DNA of 64,000 nucleotides from an uncultured Spirochaetota bacterium (lineage in GTDB: Bacteria > Spirochaetota > Brevinematia > Brevinematales > JAOACQ01): the NCBI GenBank assembly GCA_963783575.1, contig CAWAOD010000004.1, positions 192,001 through 256,000 of the forward strand. Direction: 5' to 3'. The translations under genes were made by a program, and so were the position numbers. Shown piece after piece: positions 39,799-50,322 of the stretch. Within the stretch, counting starts at the first letter, position 1. Each line of letters begins with the position of its first letter. Below the pieces are notes generated by a model. The model saw nothing but the letters and a program-made list of their open reading frames with translations. It searched no databases and was not told the DNA's origin.

Positions 39799-42700
39799 TC
39801 AAATATCAAACTCCAGAATACTCCTTGTTCCGTTATGACTTTCTATTGTAAAACTGCCGTCAAACTGCTTGCTAAGCATTTTTACCAGCATAATACCGAA
39901 TCCTTTTGATTCATTGATATCAAATCCCGCGGGTAATCCTACGCCGTTATCCCTTATGGTAAGAGTTATATGATTATCAACATTTTTTAAGGCAATATTT
40001 ATCAAACCGGAATCTCTATTGACGAAAGCGTATTTGAATATATTTGAGATAAGTTCATTGATAAAAATCCCGAGATAAAACAGGCGTCTTGAATCAAGTT
40101 GAAATTCCTCAATTCTTTTATCAATTGTGATATTCAGACTATCAGGAAAAAGCGCTAATATCGCGTCTACAAGACCTTCAATATAATTTTTCACGGGAAT
40201 ATTTTCATAATTTTCTGTAAGAATTAACTTATCATAGAGCAGTCTCATACTATTTACCCGGCCGATAATATCCTTTAAGACAGAAATAACCTCCGGATTT
40301 GTTATTGACCGTAACTGCAATGATAGAAGGCTTCCGATAGAAGCTATATTATTTTTTATCCGGTGATGGACCTCTTTGATCATAAGTTCTTTTTCCTGTA
40401 ATTGACGCTTTATTTCCTCTTCAGCCTGAAGGCGTTTAGTTTCATTTCGCTGTACCTCAATGGCGAAACCAATATCATTTGCAAGTTCATCAAGCAATTT
40501 TACCTCTTCTTCATTGAAAAAACTGATTTCATTAGCATAGATATTTAACGTACCCCAAATTTTACCTTCTACTATTAAAGGAAAAGCTGCCGATGATTGA
40601 TAAGCGTTAATTTTCGCGGCTTCCTTCCATGGCTTCATTGTTTCATCACTTTGAATATCATTAGAAATTATATGAGCCGCTGATTTGACAGCTCTGCCTG
40701 TCGGACCGTTACTTCGCACTTCATCGTTAAGATCGATGTTGATAAATTTAAGATAATCGGCTTCAATTCCCTGTGACGCGGCGACATCAACTTTATTGAT
40801 ATCAGAATTAATTTTACCGATCCATACCATCCCAAATCCGCCCTTCTCAATTGCCGCTTCGCAAACCGATTTAAAAAACTCCTGCTGATTATGACAGCGG
40901 ACAATTATCTGATTAATACAACTCAATAAAGAATACATTCTGGTCAAATTGTGTAAGGCTTCCTCCGCCTGTTTGCGCTCGGTGATGTCGCGTACAATTC
41001 CTTGAAGACGCCCATCGGATAGTTTTTTAGCGCTGATCTCCACCGGTACAAATGAACCATCCTTGCGGATCAATCTACGTTCAGTCAAAAGAATATTTCC
41101 TTGCTGTAATTCATCAAATTTCAAGGGAATCTCCAGAGTTTTTTCCGCCACATCCTGCATGGTAAGGTTAAGAATTTCTTCACGGTTGTAGCCTAACAAT
41201 CTACACCCCGAAGTATTTACATCGATATATCGCCCATCGCTATCCGCAACAAATATCCCCTCAGAAGCCTGCTCGATCAGTGTTCGGTATTGTGCTTCAC
41301 TCTCGCGCAGCAGCTCTTCAGCCCGTTTTCGCTCGGTTATATCTTCAATACTGGATATAATGCAGTATTTATCGCCCAGCCGGATTACCTGAGCGGATAA
41401 AAGAACTGATGCAATATTTCCTCTTTTCGAGCGAAGCATTGTCTCCTGGCGAACTACGGCCCGTCCTTCTCGAAGAACAGCTACCATGCGCAGCCGGTCT
41501 TCATCATTAGCCCATATATTTAAATCAAGTGTTGTGCTGGCAAGTGCTTCTTCCCTTGTGTAACCGGAAATGCTGGTAAAAGCGTCGTTGACCTCAATAA
41601 ACCTGCCGTCTTCCATATTCGTAATAATAAAGGCATACGGCGATGTCCAGAAAGCTTTGGAGAAGCGCTCTTCGCTCTCACGCAGGGCCTCCTCCGCATG
41701 CCTGCGCTCGGTGATGTCGCGCACCATAACGATTGTATGCTCAATTCCATTCAGAATGATTAGAGAAGCTGACATCATTCCAAGCATTATTTTCCCGCTT
41801 TTAGTACGAAACATGGCTTCAAATTCCTCAACTTTTCCGTCTTTCTTTAAACCATCCACAAATATTTTTCTATCTACAGGATTTTCCCAGATATTTTTTT
41901 CGATTGAAGATTTCCAGAGAATATCTTCTTCGGAATATCCCATAATCCGCGTAAATGCAATATTAATTGAAACATAAACGCCGTCATCCAATCGATTGAT
42001 ACTGAAGCAGTCAGGACTTGTCATAAATGCTTTTCTGAACTTTTCCTCACTCGCATTGAGAGCCTCTTCCGCCTGTCTTCTTTTGGTAACATCGTGTATA
42101 ATTGAGTACAGTAATTTCCTGCCGGAAACGGTAATAGGCCCGCTATAGACTTCCACATCCCGAATATCCCCATTTGCCAGGCGATGTTTGAAATTAAAAT
42201 ACTTGCTTATTTCCATTACAGCTTTTTTCAATTCTTCACGAATTGAACTTTCCGGTAATATATTTATTTCATTTATCTTTTTTTTTGTAATCTCTTCATG
42301 GCTCCAGCCGTAATAATTACAAGCGGATTCATTCGCATCAACAATATCAGTTGAATCCGGATTAATTAGAAGCATTATAGAATTGTTCTTTTCAAAAAGA
42401 GAACGGTATCGTTCTTCGCTTTCGGCCAAATTTTTATGCGCTTCAAAAAGCTTGAAAGCCATCTTGATTGAAGCATCCAATACTGTTATTCCCGAATTCT
42501 TAACAACATAGCCGTATGAGGTGATTTTTTCCGTTTTCTCAACTATTTCAGATTCCGTATGGTTTGAAAAGAAGACAAGAGGAATTTCCCTTTCTTTAAG
42601 AATTATTTTAGCCGCTTCCGTACCGTCAATCTCCTTTCCGAGATCAATATCCATAAGGATAAGATCAACCGCATCATTTTTTTTGATTATTTCAACAGCA

Positions 42701-42885
42701 TTTTCCCCGGAATAGGAAATTATAACATTGTAACCGATATTCTCAAGATTAATTTTTTCAGCCGCGGCGATTAAGACTTCATCATCAACAAGAAGGATTG
42801 TTTTAATTTCTTTCTTTCTCATTTTGTACCCCCTATCCCTTGTCAATGTCAAATGTTTAACCGGCTGGATTATATAAGGCAACAT
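39799..42885 (-). CDS. Cytoplasmic hybrid kinase: REC + 4 PAS + GAF + HisKA_2-type kinase; likely start ~42822
   Basis: ILLVDDE and LMDI receiver, four D[IV]T.R..AEE PAC junctions, GAF domain, EVHHRIKNN and DNGVG. Confidence 0.9.
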   Translation of the reverse strand: MLPYIIQPVKHLTLTRDRGYKMRKKEIKTILLVDDEVLIAAAEKINLENIGYNVIISYSGENAVEIIKKNDAVDLILMDIDLGKEIDGTEAAKIILKEREIPLVFFSNHTESEIVEKTEKITSYGYVVKNSGITVLDASIKMAFKLFEAHKNLAESEERYRSLFEKNNSIMLLINPDSTDIVDANESACNYYGWSHEEITKKKINEINILPESSIREELKKAVMEISKYFNFKHRLANGDIRDVEVYSGPITVSGRKLLYSIIHDVTKRRQAEEALNASEEKFRKAFMTSPDCFSINRLDDGVYVSINIAFTRIMGYSEEDILWKSSIEKNIWENPVDRKIFVDGLKKDGKVEEFEAMFRTKSGKIMLGMMSASLIILNGIEHTIVMVRDITERRHAEEALRESEERFSKAFWTSPYAFIITNMEDGRFIEVNDAFTSISGYTREEALASTTLDLNIWANDEDRLRMVAVLREGRAVVRQETMLRSKRGNIASVLLSAQVIRLGDKYCIISSIEDITERKRAEELLRESEAQYRTLIEQASEGIFVADSDGRYIDVNTSGCRLLGYNREEILNLTMQDVAEKTLEIPLKFDELQQGNILLTERRLIRKDGSFVPVEISAKKLSDGRLQGIVRDITERKQAEEALHNLTRMYSLLSCINQIIVRCHNQQEFFKSVCEAAIEKGGFGMVWIGKINSDINKVDVAASQGIEADYLKFINIDLNDEVRSNGPTGRAVKSAAHIISNDIQSDETMKPWKEAAKINAYQSSAAFPLIVEGKIWGTLNIYANEISFFNEEEVKLLDELANDIGFAIEVQRNETKRLQAEEEIKRQLQEKELMIKEVHHRIKNNIASIGSLLSLQLRSITNPEVISVLKDIIGRVNSMRLLYDKLILTENYENIPVKNYIEGLVDAILALFPDSLNITIDKRIEEFQLDSRRLFYLGIFINELISNIFKYAFVNRDSGLINIALKNVDNHITLTIRDNGVGLPAGFDINESKGFGIMLVKMLSKQFDGSFTIESHNGTRSILEFDI

Positions 42886-42887
42886 TT

Positions 42888-43994
42888 TTATATTTTCAAC
42901 CTGGTTTTATAAATATTTAAAGCGAGCTCAACAATTTTATCCATATTATAGTATTTATAATTTGCCAGCCGACCGGCAAATATTATGTTTTTAAGTTTTT
43001 CTGATTCCAGAGCATATTTTTCATAGAGTTTCTGGTTTTCAAAAGTCAGCACAGGATAAAACGGTTCTCCGGTATCTTTCGAATATTCTTTAACAATAAC
43101 CGTTTTTTCAATTTGCTGCCCGGTAATATGCTTGAATTCGGTAATTCTTGTAAAATCATAATCGTTTGGATAATTAACAGTAGCCACAGCCTGGAAAAAC
43201 GGGGAATTAATTGTCTCAAACCTGAAATCCAGCGACCTGTATGGCAAAGTACCGTATTTATAATCAAAGAAATTGTCTATACTTCCGGTAAATATCAATC
43301 TTTCATATTCAATCTGCTGTCTTATTTCAAGAAAATCAGTATTCAGCAGAAGATGAATTTTCGGGTGATTCAAAAGATTCTCAAACATCACCGAATATCC
43401 GTATTTCGGAACACCCTGGTACCTGTCCGTAAAGTAACGCCCGTCCCTGTTTGCTCTGACAGGTATTCTTCCGGCAACTTCCGGCGATAATTCTTCAGGA
43501 AAGACGCCCCATTGCTTTTTAGTATAATTTTTGTAAAATTTTTCATATAGTTCGGTGCCGATTTTACTTATGACAGTATCCATGGAATTTTCAATCTTCT
43601 TCCTGTCTACCCTGACGGAATTGAAGAATTCGGAAATATTTACCGCTGTATAATCCGTTCCGTAAAGCAGATTAATTGTATCCAGATTTATAGGAACCGG
43701 CAGATAAAGCCCGTCAACATAAGCCAGAATTCTGTATTGGAAAGCCCTCCAATCTGTAAACGCGGACAAAAAATCCCACACTTCCCTGTTATTAGTATGA
43801 AAAATATGCGGGCCATACTTATGAACAAGAAAACCGCTTTCATTATAAAAATCATGGGAATTCCCCCCAGTATGGTTTCTTTTTTCAACAATAAGAACTT
43901 CCTCACCCATACCTTCAGCAATAAGCCTTGCAAAGACTGACCCGCAAAAACCGGCCCCAATTATTACATTTTTAAATCTCATATATAACCCCAT
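42888..43994 (-). CDS. glf: UDP-galactopyranose mutase
   Basis: IIGAGFCG, HKYGPHIFHT, YTKKQWG, RITEFKH and GRLANYKYYNMD motifs. Confidence 0.95.
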   Translation of the reverse strand: MGLYMRFKNVIIGAGFCGSVFARLIAEGMGEEVLIVEKRNHTGGNSHDFYNESGFLVHKYGPHIFHTNNREVWDFLSAFTDWRAFQYRILAYVDGLYLPVPINLDTINLLYGTDYTAVNISEFFNSVRVDRKKIENSMDTVISKIGTELYEKFYKNYTKKQWGVFPEELSPEVAGRIPVRANRDGRYFTDRYQGVPKYGYSVMFENLLNHPKIHLLLNTDFLEIRQQIEYERLIFTGSIDNFFDYKYGTLPYRSLDFRFETINSPFFQAVATVNYPNDYDFTRITEFKHITGQQIEKTVIVKEYSKDTGEPFYPVLTFENQKLYEKYALESEKLKNIIFAGRLANYKYYNMDKIVELALNIYKTRLKI

Positions 43995-44298
43995 AATTCT
44001 TTAGATTTATTATTCAAATAGAATCGGATAATTATATAATCATTTATTATATATCAATGAATTAAATTAATAAACAATGAAATGATTATCAATTTATTTT
44101 ATCTAACAGGGATTCCAGGCGTGCATCTTTCTGCTTTTATTTATCAATTGCTGATATTATCGATAATTCTGAAATGATGAAAAACAGATAGATTTTCAGT
44201 GGCAATAACCCTTTCTTGCTTTTTAACGATGAGTAGTCCTATGAATTTGTATATTGCAAAACCGCTGCAATCAAGAAGTCACAATCATAGAATATTTT

Positions 44299-44928
44299 TT
44301 ACGGCCAGAGACGCTGGATTTCAGAACGGTTCCTGTTAATCCTAACAAACAGGTTATCAATCACTTTATAATAATTCAAATCCCCTGTTTTCATCCTGTA
44401 AACCTCATCTTCCATATTTTCAAGATCGGTTCTATACCCCTTAATTCCATCGGCAGCCTGAGCAAAACCGATCGCCTGATCCCAATACTTCCTGGCCTGA
44501 GTAAAATAGAATTCTGCGATATCATATCCGTCGAGATATTCTTTTTTGAACTCTTTATTAAAGAAAAATATGTGCTCTTTCATATAAAGATAACCGTAAT
44601 TGATATATTCCTGGGTTAGAAGACGGCAGATATGAGTCATAAGAAGATCCTTATAGCGCTCATACTGAATTTCATTGGTAATGTACGTAATAGCCCTGAT
44701 CGGATGATCGTTCGGCACGGAATAAGCCAGCTCGAGAAAGAAAATATTCCGGCTTACGGAGTCCATATCGGAATAGAGCCATTGATTGTATAGCCTGAAA
44801 AAATCCTCTTTATACCTGATTTTATCTCTGAGAGGCTGATATCCGAAATCCGCAGGATTTGAATAAGATATAACCGTACTCAAAATAAAAAAAATAAATA
44901 ATAATGATAATTTCAATATAGTTTTCAT
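44299..44928 (-). CDS. Exported hypothetical protein
   Basis: 209-aa ORF with signal peptide. Confidence 0.7.
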   Translation of the reverse strand: MKTILKLSLLFIFFILSTVISYSNPADFGYQPLRDKIRYKEDFFRLYNQWLYSDMDSVSRNIFFLELAYSVPNDHPIRAITYITNEIQYERYKDLLMTHICRLLTQEYINYGYLYMKEHIFFFNKEFKKEYLDGYDIAEFYFTQARKYWDQAIGFAQAADGIKGYRTDLENMEDEVYRMKTGDLNYYKVIDNLFVRINRNRSEIQRLWP

Positions 44929-44951
44929 ATTATTTCCCGTTTTAACAGCAT

Positions 44952-45042
44952 ATTGTCAAAAGTTTTTATTGTATAGTTTAATAACTTATTATTTGTTTAA
45001 AATAATAGTTGATATCGTAATCTCCCCTCCGCAGAAGGGGAA
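44952..45042. repeat. Second gene-less relative of the DUF559 element left end
   Basis: TGTCAAAAGTTTTTATTGTA...CCCCTCCGCAGAAGGGG; aligns with 22997-23086. Confidence 0.72.
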
Positions 45043-45175
45043 ATGATTATTATTCTTTAATGTAGATCGGAATATTTTTATTTAAGATGAATGGATTTTA
45101 TATCGATTATATTGAACTGCATACTTTCTTATATCAGTCTATGGAATATGTATCACAAAAAAAAAATAATAAAAT

Positions 45176-45367
45176 TTAGAAACTGTCAAGCAGGAATTTA
45201 GCTTTATGATAATCCTCTTTTCTGACAAAAATATGGGCTTTTGATAAGCCGACCACAGTTTCATCATATACAAAGCATTCGATATCTTCACTTTCCAGTT
45301 TAACATGCAGGATATTAGCATCCGCAATAGAATCAAAACTCGCGATCTTTACCAATTCGTTACTCAT
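45176..45367 (-). CDS. DUF2007-like small protein
   Basis: ANILHVKLESEDIECFVYDE...IFVRKEDYHKAK pattern. Confidence 0.7.
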   Translation of the reverse strand: MSNELVKIASFDSIADANILHVKLESEDIECFVYDETVVGLSKAHIFVRKEDYHKAKFLLDSF

Positions 45368-45416
45368 ACCATTCTCCCATCACAAATATAAAATATGTTT
45401 ATGTTAACCTCTGATA

Positions 45417-46889
45417 TCAGTAAGCTCCTTTTCTATTAAGAACAGCAGGGATGGACTTAAAAATAATAATTATATCCAGCCATAGTGACCAATTCTGTAC
45501 ATACCAGACATCGGTTTGTATCCTGAAATCATAACCAGTGTCGCTTCGGCCGCTTACCTGCCATAAGCCGGTCATGCCCGGCAGAACAGAGTAATAATAA
45601 TGCCTGTAGCTTCCGTAATATTTTTCAATTTCTTCCTGAATAACCGGCCTCGGGCCTACGGCGCTCATTTCCCCCCGCATTATGTTAAAAATCTGGGGAA
45701 GTTCATCCAGGCTTGTCTTCCGTAAAAATTTACCTATTGACGTAACGCGGGGATCGTTTTTTATTTTAAAATTTTTATCCCACTCCCTTTTTGCCGCAGG
45801 ATCCGTTTCAAGGATGTTCTTTAACCTTTCCTGAGCATCCATGTACATCGTCCTGAATTTATATGCATAAAACTCCATACCGTCTTTACCTATTCTTGGC
45901 TGTCTGAAGATAACCGTTCCCTTTGATGTAATTTTAATTAATAAAGCAATAAATAAAAAAACCGGAGAAATAAATATAAATAGGAGTATCGAAGTCGTTA
46001 TGTCAAAGCCCCTTTTTACTATCCTGTTTGCCGTAGAATTAAGGTTATTGTTCACCTTGATCATGAATAATTTTTCCATAAAAAGGTACTGGAGTTCGGA
46101 ATTAAAAATCGCTACACCGTTAATATCGGGAATTATTATAACGCGTTTAACAAGCTTGTAAACATCATTTACTATCCGCGTCAATTCTTCCTGGGATACG
46201 CTGGGATTAGCAATAAATACAGTTTCTATATTCAGTAAATGGATAAATTTCTCATAGTTCTTTATTGGCCCATAAACCTTATATTCTTTATCATTAATCC
46301 TGATTGTTTTACCGATATTTTTTGGGTTATCGTCAAGAAATCCGACAACATTGTAGCCAAGGTGTTCTTCATTGTATAATCCATTGATTGTGGCTACAGC
46401 TTTTTCTCCGGCACCTATAATAAGAACCGATTCCTTCCATACCCCTGTTTTAAAAAGAAATTTCTTCCCCCAATATCTTACAATTGGAAGCGCAAAGATC
46501 AGATATGCCCACAGATATAGAAAAACTGTTCTGGAAATATTTCCATACATATTCCTGATGGTAATAGTAAGGAAAATAAAAACTATAGCGATGGTGACAG
46601 ATTTAAAAATAATTCTGGATTCATCCCAGAATGGGTATCTCGCATTATAAAGTTTTTCAAACTGAAGCACAATGATATAAGCAAGCGGTATCCACAATAT
46701 CGATACGGTATAAGAAAATAAAAAAACAAAAGCTGAAAAATTTTCGCTTCCGAAAATATACTTGAAATTCATCAGGTATTTAAAATTCCTCTGGCTGAAA
46801 ATCGCTAGCAGCAGAGAAATATAAAAAGCCGCAAGATCAAGAACAACAAGTGATATGTACTGCGCGAGCGCTTTATATTTAAACCTCAT
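45417..46889 (-). CDS. Undecaprenyl-phosphate sugar phosphotransferase (WbaP/WcaJ family)
   Basis: N-terminal TMs, IIGAG, KRGFD, YKFRTM, DPRVT..GKFLRKTSLDELPQ and PGMTGLWQVSGR motifs. Confidence 0.92.
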   Translation of the reverse strand: MRFKYKALAQYISLVVLDLAAFYISLLLAIFSQRNFKYLMNFKYIFGSENFSAFVFLFSYTVSILWIPLAYIIVLQFEKLYNARYPFWDESRIIFKSVTIAIVFIFLTITIRNMYGNISRTVFLYLWAYLIFALPIVRYWGKKFLFKTGVWKESVLIIGAGEKAVATINGLYNEEHLGYNVVGFLDDNPKNIGKTIRINDKEYKVYGPIKNYEKFIHLLNIETVFIANPSVSQEELTRIVNDVYKLVKRVIIIPDINGVAIFNSELQYLFMEKLFMIKVNNNLNSTANRIVKRGFDITTSILLFIFISPVFLFIALLIKITSKGTVIFRQPRIGKDGMEFYAYKFRTMYMDAQERLKNILETDPAAKREWDKNFKIKNDPRVTSIGKFLRKTSLDELPQIFNIMRGEMSAVGPRPVIQEEIEKYYGSYRHYYYSVLPGMTGLWQVSGRSDTGYDFRIQTDVWYVQNWSLWLDIIIIFKSIPAVLNRKGAY

Positions 46890-47025
46890 TCAGAGCTCCG
46901 GAAAGATAAAAGTTAATTATCGGTATTTTTGGAAAGCTTTATATATTCAACAATAGTGATTATACATTAAATTGAGATTATTTTCAAGACAATATTCTAT
47001 AACCCTCGCTCAGCATCTCCGCTAG

Positions 47026-47052
47026 TAACCCCCGATTTAAACCGGGGGTTAT
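47026..47052. repeat. Isolated GC-rich hairpin (TAACCCCCG-ATTTAAAC-CGGGGGTTA); REP-like or IS200/IS605-end-like
   Basis: 9-bp perfect stem, no U-tract, separate from the nearby terminator. Confidence 0.45.
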
Positions 47053-47113
47053 TTCTAGGTAAATCAGTTGTAATGGAATTAAATGATAGTTCCCATTGAA
47101 ATATAAAAAAACT

Positions 47114-47143
47114 AAAAAAGGCGGCAGTATCAACTGCCGCCTA
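47114..47143 (-). terminator. Intrinsic terminator of the lipoprotein pair
   Basis: Minus strand AGGCGGCAG-TTGATA-CTGCCGCCT-TTTT. Confidence 0.8.
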
Positions 47144-47166
47144 TCTTATTATTATGCCGCCTGATT

Positions 47167-47820
47167 TTATTCAAGCCCCTTATTGATGCCTTCAAGTACT
47201 TTGTCCGCTTTATCTTTCAGCTCCGGCGGTATTTTTTTGGCTACAGGTTCCCAGGCGTTCTTTAAAAGTTTTTGATAAATTGTATAATCAAGAACATACC
47301 TCTTAACAAACCTGTAATAAGTTTTTGATGCCCCGCCCTGCACTTCCTGGAGATATTCCCAGTAATCCTCGAACGGCCTTGATCCGCCGATATTGACATT
47401 CTTGGAAACAGCGGCAATTGTCTGCTCAAAATAAGTATCCAGATCGGAAGAGTCATTCAGCATTCCCTGTTTGGCAATTGCAAATTCTGTTGTTGCAACC
47501 TGTTTTATCATTTCTGCCAGCATTTCAATCAAATTGCCTTTAGCTTCTGCTTCAGCCTTTTCTTTTGTATCTCTCTGGGCTTCTACGGTAATAAAGATAA
47601 CCTTATTTCCTTCTTCATCTTTTCCGATTTCCCATTTTTTGCTTACCCATGCCGGTGTAGGGCTTATGCTTTGCTGAACCACAAAAACCTGAATTCTTGC
47701 CGCCTGTGCCGGTTCAGGCGTAGGAGCCGGAGCAGGAGCCGGCTGCGGTTTTTGCCCGCCGCATGAGGTGATAAATACTGTCAATATGATCGAAACTAAG
47801 ATTAACCCGATTCTTTTCAT
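47167..47820 (-). CDS. Lipoprotein (LPP20-like, Pro/Ala linker)
   Basis: Lipobox FITSC, PAPAPAP linker, P.WV motif. Confidence 0.7.
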   Translation of the reverse strand: MKRIGLILVSIILTVFITSCGGQKPQPAPAPAPTPEPAQAARIQVFVVQQSISPTPAWVSKKWEIGKDEEGNKVIFITVEAQRDTKEKAEAEAKGNLIEMLAEMIKQVATTEFAIAKQGMLNDSSDLDTYFEQTIAAVSKNVNIGGSRPFEDYWEYLQEVQGGASKTYYRFVKRYVLDYTIYQKLLKNAWEPVAKKIPPELKDKADKVLEGINKGLE

Positions 47821-47879
47821 AAAATAGACCTCCTAAATTTCACTTTTGATTTCGATATACCAAAACAATCAAATAAATA

Positions 47880-49202
47880 TTACTGTAATGTAAAAGTTAA
47901 TTCGTTCCCTCTGATTTCTTTAAGATCCAGTTTTTCAAAGCCTGGTTTACCGGACAATGCGTCAAAAATCCTGTTTACGGCATCCATCGGTTTCCCTTTG
48001 TATTGAAGATTGAAATCATAAACCATATCTTCCTTGGAACCAGATTTTAAAGTGATGTTGACAACCCCGTCAATATTTCCGAGGGCGGTTGTAAACTGGC
48101 TTGCATCACTGAAGGATTGTACTCCCGTTAACCTTACGAAATAAAATCTACCATTGTTTACATATTTTTTCAAGCTAACGGTAAGTTCATCTCTTATTTT
48201 TTTACTGGCTTCTCTCATACTCATCTTTATTGAAGCTTGAAGAGAGCTTGATTCATATTCCTGGCCCCCTTTTTCAATTGTGGCAATCAATGACCCGGTA
48301 GTCCTTACAAAAACCTTAACGCTTAATATTGCGTGGCCCTTTGTTCCCTGATAGCTGACTGCCGGTGTTACCTCGGCATATAGTTCTGCAAAAACCTTCT
48401 GCGCCAATAAAAGCCCAATTCCGACACTTCCGCTGTCCGCCTCCTGCAGAAGGCCTCTTTCATTTGCGAGCTTTTCCACAGTATCAAGATCATATGTTTG
48501 AATATTCAGTGCTGAAATCTCTCTGTTAATATTATCCACGGCCCATCTGGAATAAGTTTCCTGATCGGAGTCGTTTTTCAATGCCGGATCCTTTGGATTA
48601 TAATATACCAAAAAAGTTAGCGCCGTAAGATCAACGCCGCTGAGATCTTCGCCTACAGCAGGCTGATTTTCGGGAGCGGGAGTTGCTGCTGAAGGCGCCG
48701 CAGCTTCTTTCAGGCTCATCGCATCAAGATCTGATTTCAATTTTTTTATATTGACATAAGCCTGTAATTTTAGCACAAGATTTTTATTTTCATCCCGGAC
48801 ATTTGAAAGCCATTTTTTCTCTTTTTCGGGAGCGGTCTTATCGGTCTCGCCCAGAATATATTTCCTTGCGGAAATATAAGTTAGAAAGGTCTTACTAAGT
48901 TCGATTTCATTCTGATTGAACTTTTGATCACCTATAATAAAAATAATGCCCTTTTTGACAATATCGGCATATGCGTTCGCAACAGCTTGTGCGAATTCGC
49001 TTGCAGTGCCGTCACCTACGAATTCTTTATCATCCGGAAGGGTGTTGACGTCAGTTTTAGCCGGCATTTGCGGCTTTACAGCATTACCGTTTCCGCATGA
49101 ATTCAATACGAATAGCAGCAAAAAACCTGGTATAATAACAAACATTAACCGAAATCTTTTCATGATATCTCCCCATAAAATTCCTTTAATTAATATTATC
49201 AC
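47880..49202 (-). CDS. Lipoprotein of unknown function; likely start 49163
   Basis: Lipobox VLNSC after MKRFRL; co-oriented with the downstream lipoprotein. Confidence 0.7.
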   Translation of the reverse strand: MIILIKGILWGDIMKRFRLMFVIIPGFLLLFVLNSCGNGNAVKPQMPAKTDVNTLPDDKEFVGDGTASEFAQAVANAYADIVKKGIIFIIGDQKFNQNEIELSKTFLTYISARKYILGETDKTAPEKEKKWLSNVRDENKNLVLKLQAYVNIKKLKSDLDAMSLKEAAAPSAATPAPENQPAVGEDLSGVDLTALTFLVYYNPKDPALKNDSDQETYSRWAVDNINREISALNIQTYDLDTVEKLANERGLLQEADSGSVGIGLLLAQKVFAELYAEVTPAVSYQGTKGHAILSVKVFVRTTGSLIATIEKGGQEYESSSLQASIKMSMREASKKIRDELTVSLKKYVNNGRFYFVRLTGVQSFSDASQFTTALGNIDGVVNITLKSGSKEDMVYDFNLQYKGKPMDAVNRIFDALSGKPGFEKLDLKEIRGNELTFTLQ

Positions 49203-49405
49203 TAATTAATATAATTTTCAAGTTGGCTGAATGTCAAATTAAGGCTTCATTTCTTTTGATAAATTTTTCTCAGCTGTAATATTGTGTTCTAAAAACAAAT
49301 ATAAATTAAACCATCGCTGCTATTTAAAATATATGGGAAAAATGCCGAAAATAAATATACGGATGTTCCTATCAACAAAAAATATTTGCGGAAACAGGTA
49401 AGAAA

Positions 49406-49822
49406 ATGAAATTTATCACATTATTATTTTTTAATATCATTTCTTTTTATATTCTGGTTGTTTTTGTGATCGGTAACGGAGGGATAATTGACAATTTGAA
49501 GAAGGTTGCATTGATATACCAGATGGAAAATAAAAAACTGACCGGTGAGCTTGAGCTGGAGAACCTTAAAACAAAACTCTACCGCCTTCAGTCATTGGCA
49601 GTTCCGGATTATTCAATTCTCGCCGAACAGGGGAAAAAAGCGGATAAAATGATTATCTTTAAATATATTAATCAAAAAGAAAATAATATCGCCAAAACTG
49701 AAATTAATATTGATATTTATAAATACAGGATATTTTTTACCGGTTTTCTGGCAGTGATATTAATAATTACCGGAAACATATTAATATATATAATAATGGG
49801 CAAAAAAGGTATAGAAAAATGA
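49406..49822 (+). CDS. Membrane protein with weak FtsB/DivIC-like TM + coiled-coil
   Basis: TM-G.GG-coiled coil pattern plus a second C-terminal TM. Confidence 0.45.
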   Translation: MKFITLLFFNIISFYILVVFVIGNGGIIDNLKKVALIYQMENKKLTGELELENLKTKLYRLQSLAVPDYSILAEQGKKADKMIIFKYINQKENNIAKTEINIDIYKYRIFFTGFLAVILIITGNILIYIIMGKKGIEK

Positions 49823-50322
49823 ATATTTACCTCACCGGGTTCAGGGGAAGCGGAAAGACAACTCTGGGAAAAGAACTCGCTAAAATAAAGCAGATGATAT
49901 TTATTGATATGGATGAATTAATAGTTGAAAAAACCAAGTTATCAATTCCGGAAATTTTTGAAAAATACGGCGAGGCTTATTTTAGAAAGATCGAGAGTGA
50001 AATACTTTTGGAAATTTCGGCAAACAACAACCAGGTTGTTTCTACCGGGGGCGGGATTATTATAAGCGAAGGTAATAGGGAAATTCTTAAGAAAACAGGT
50101 CTCTGCATCTATCTTACTGCATCCCCGGAAATCACTTATGAAAGAATCAAGGATGATGGCAACAGGCCAGCTTTAACAAGCAGTCCTTTAAAAAAAGAGA
50201 TCGGGGAAATTTTAAAATTCAGGAAGCCTCTATATAAAGAAACTGCCGATTTAGTCCTGGATACAGGCAAAAATGATATTGATTCTTGCCTTTTAATTAT
50301 TTTAAAAAGTATAAACAATTAA
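49819..50322 (+). CDS. aroK: Shikimate kinase
   Basis: GFRGSGKTT, DMD, GEAYFRKIE, STGGG and RP motifs. Confidence 0.93.
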   Translation: MNIYLTGFRGSGKTTLGKELAKIKQMIFIDMDELIVEKTKLSIPEIFEKYGEAYFRKIESEILLEISANNNQVVSTGGGIIISEGNREILKKTGLCIYLTASPEITYERIKDDGNRPALTSSPLKKEIGEILKFRKPLYKETADLVLDTGKNDIDSCLLIILKSINN

